The notes under the pieces are model-generated. The model saw nothing but the letters and a program-made list of their open reading frames with translations. It had not been told where the DNA came from and searched no databases. 64,000 nt of DNA, taken from assembly GCA_963652335.1 (NCBI GenBank), contig CAVJSS010000002.1, positions 27,718-91,717 on the forward strand. The letters run 5' to 3'. Positions 63,996 to 64,000 of the stretch are shown here, piece by piece. The stretch's first letter is position 1; every line of letters starts with the position of its first letter. Made by a program: the position numbers and the translations under genes. Source of the stretch: an uncultured Eubacteriales bacterium. Its GTDB lineage: Bacteria; Bacillota_I; Bacilli_A; RFN20; CAG-826.

Positions 63996-64000
63996 TTAAA

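Noticed and set aside
1-64000. Alternative genetic code (UGA=Trp), as in Mycoplasma and Spiroplasma.
   Set aside because: Conserved proteins terminate at UGA at their expected lengths (e.g. yidC, tatD, holB). The RF2 gene with its UGA-dependent frameshift is present.

Overview
A tightly packed chromosomal window of about 60 protein genes and one tRNA, with no rRNA, CRISPR array, transposase or integrase. The standard code with UGA as stop gives full-length proteins. Many neighbouring genes overlap by 1-4 nt at start/stop (ATGA, TAATG). Gene order is of the Bacillota / Acholeplasma-like Mycoplasmatota type; that is inference from synteny plus a membrane pyrophosphatase, and no taxonomic search was possible.

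Housekeeping blocks:
- yidC(partial)-jag-mnmE-tatD-rnmV-rsmA-ispE, then ruvX.
- On the minus strand, dnaX-ybaB-recR-tmk-holB-ricT-rsmI.
- prfA-prmC-tsaC-rpiB-comFA-comFC-secA-prfB-yitT-uvrB, then secG and folD. prfB carries the classical +1 frameshift site.

Accessory-looking blocks:
- 6.3-8.5 kb: a Wzy/O-antigen-ligase-like membrane protein.
- 9.1-13.9 kb: a PIN-like protein with lysine-rich tails, an M6-like metalloprotease lipoprotein, small unknowns, and hsp20 behind two CIRCE elements.
- 13.9-18.6 kb: M24 peptidase, GH2, Cof-type HAD and patatin.
- 19.5-25.3 kb: a duplicated-repeat transporter-like protein, a tandem P-II-like protein and a giant YfhO-like protein.
- 43.9-62 kb: three paralogous zinc-ribbon membrane proteins, a YolD/Y-family polymerase cassette, tRNA-Ala(CGC), a 556-aa lipoprotein plus TetR with a shared operator-like motif, HAD, flavodiiron protein, rmuC, a fic islet, MATE, an EIIC-like protein, a PgsA-like protein, a decayed ABC transporter, and an unknown-NfeD-SPFH operon.
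- 61.9-64.0 kb: hppA.

Best candidates for something undescribed:
- The translationally coupled transporter-like / double-P-II / YfhO operon.
- The TetR-lipoprotein module with a GTTAC-N15-GTAAC dyad at both promoters.
- The PIN-like protein with lysine-rich tails.
- The recurrent leaderless-type promoter architecture.

All functional calls come from reading motifs by eye. No database search was run.
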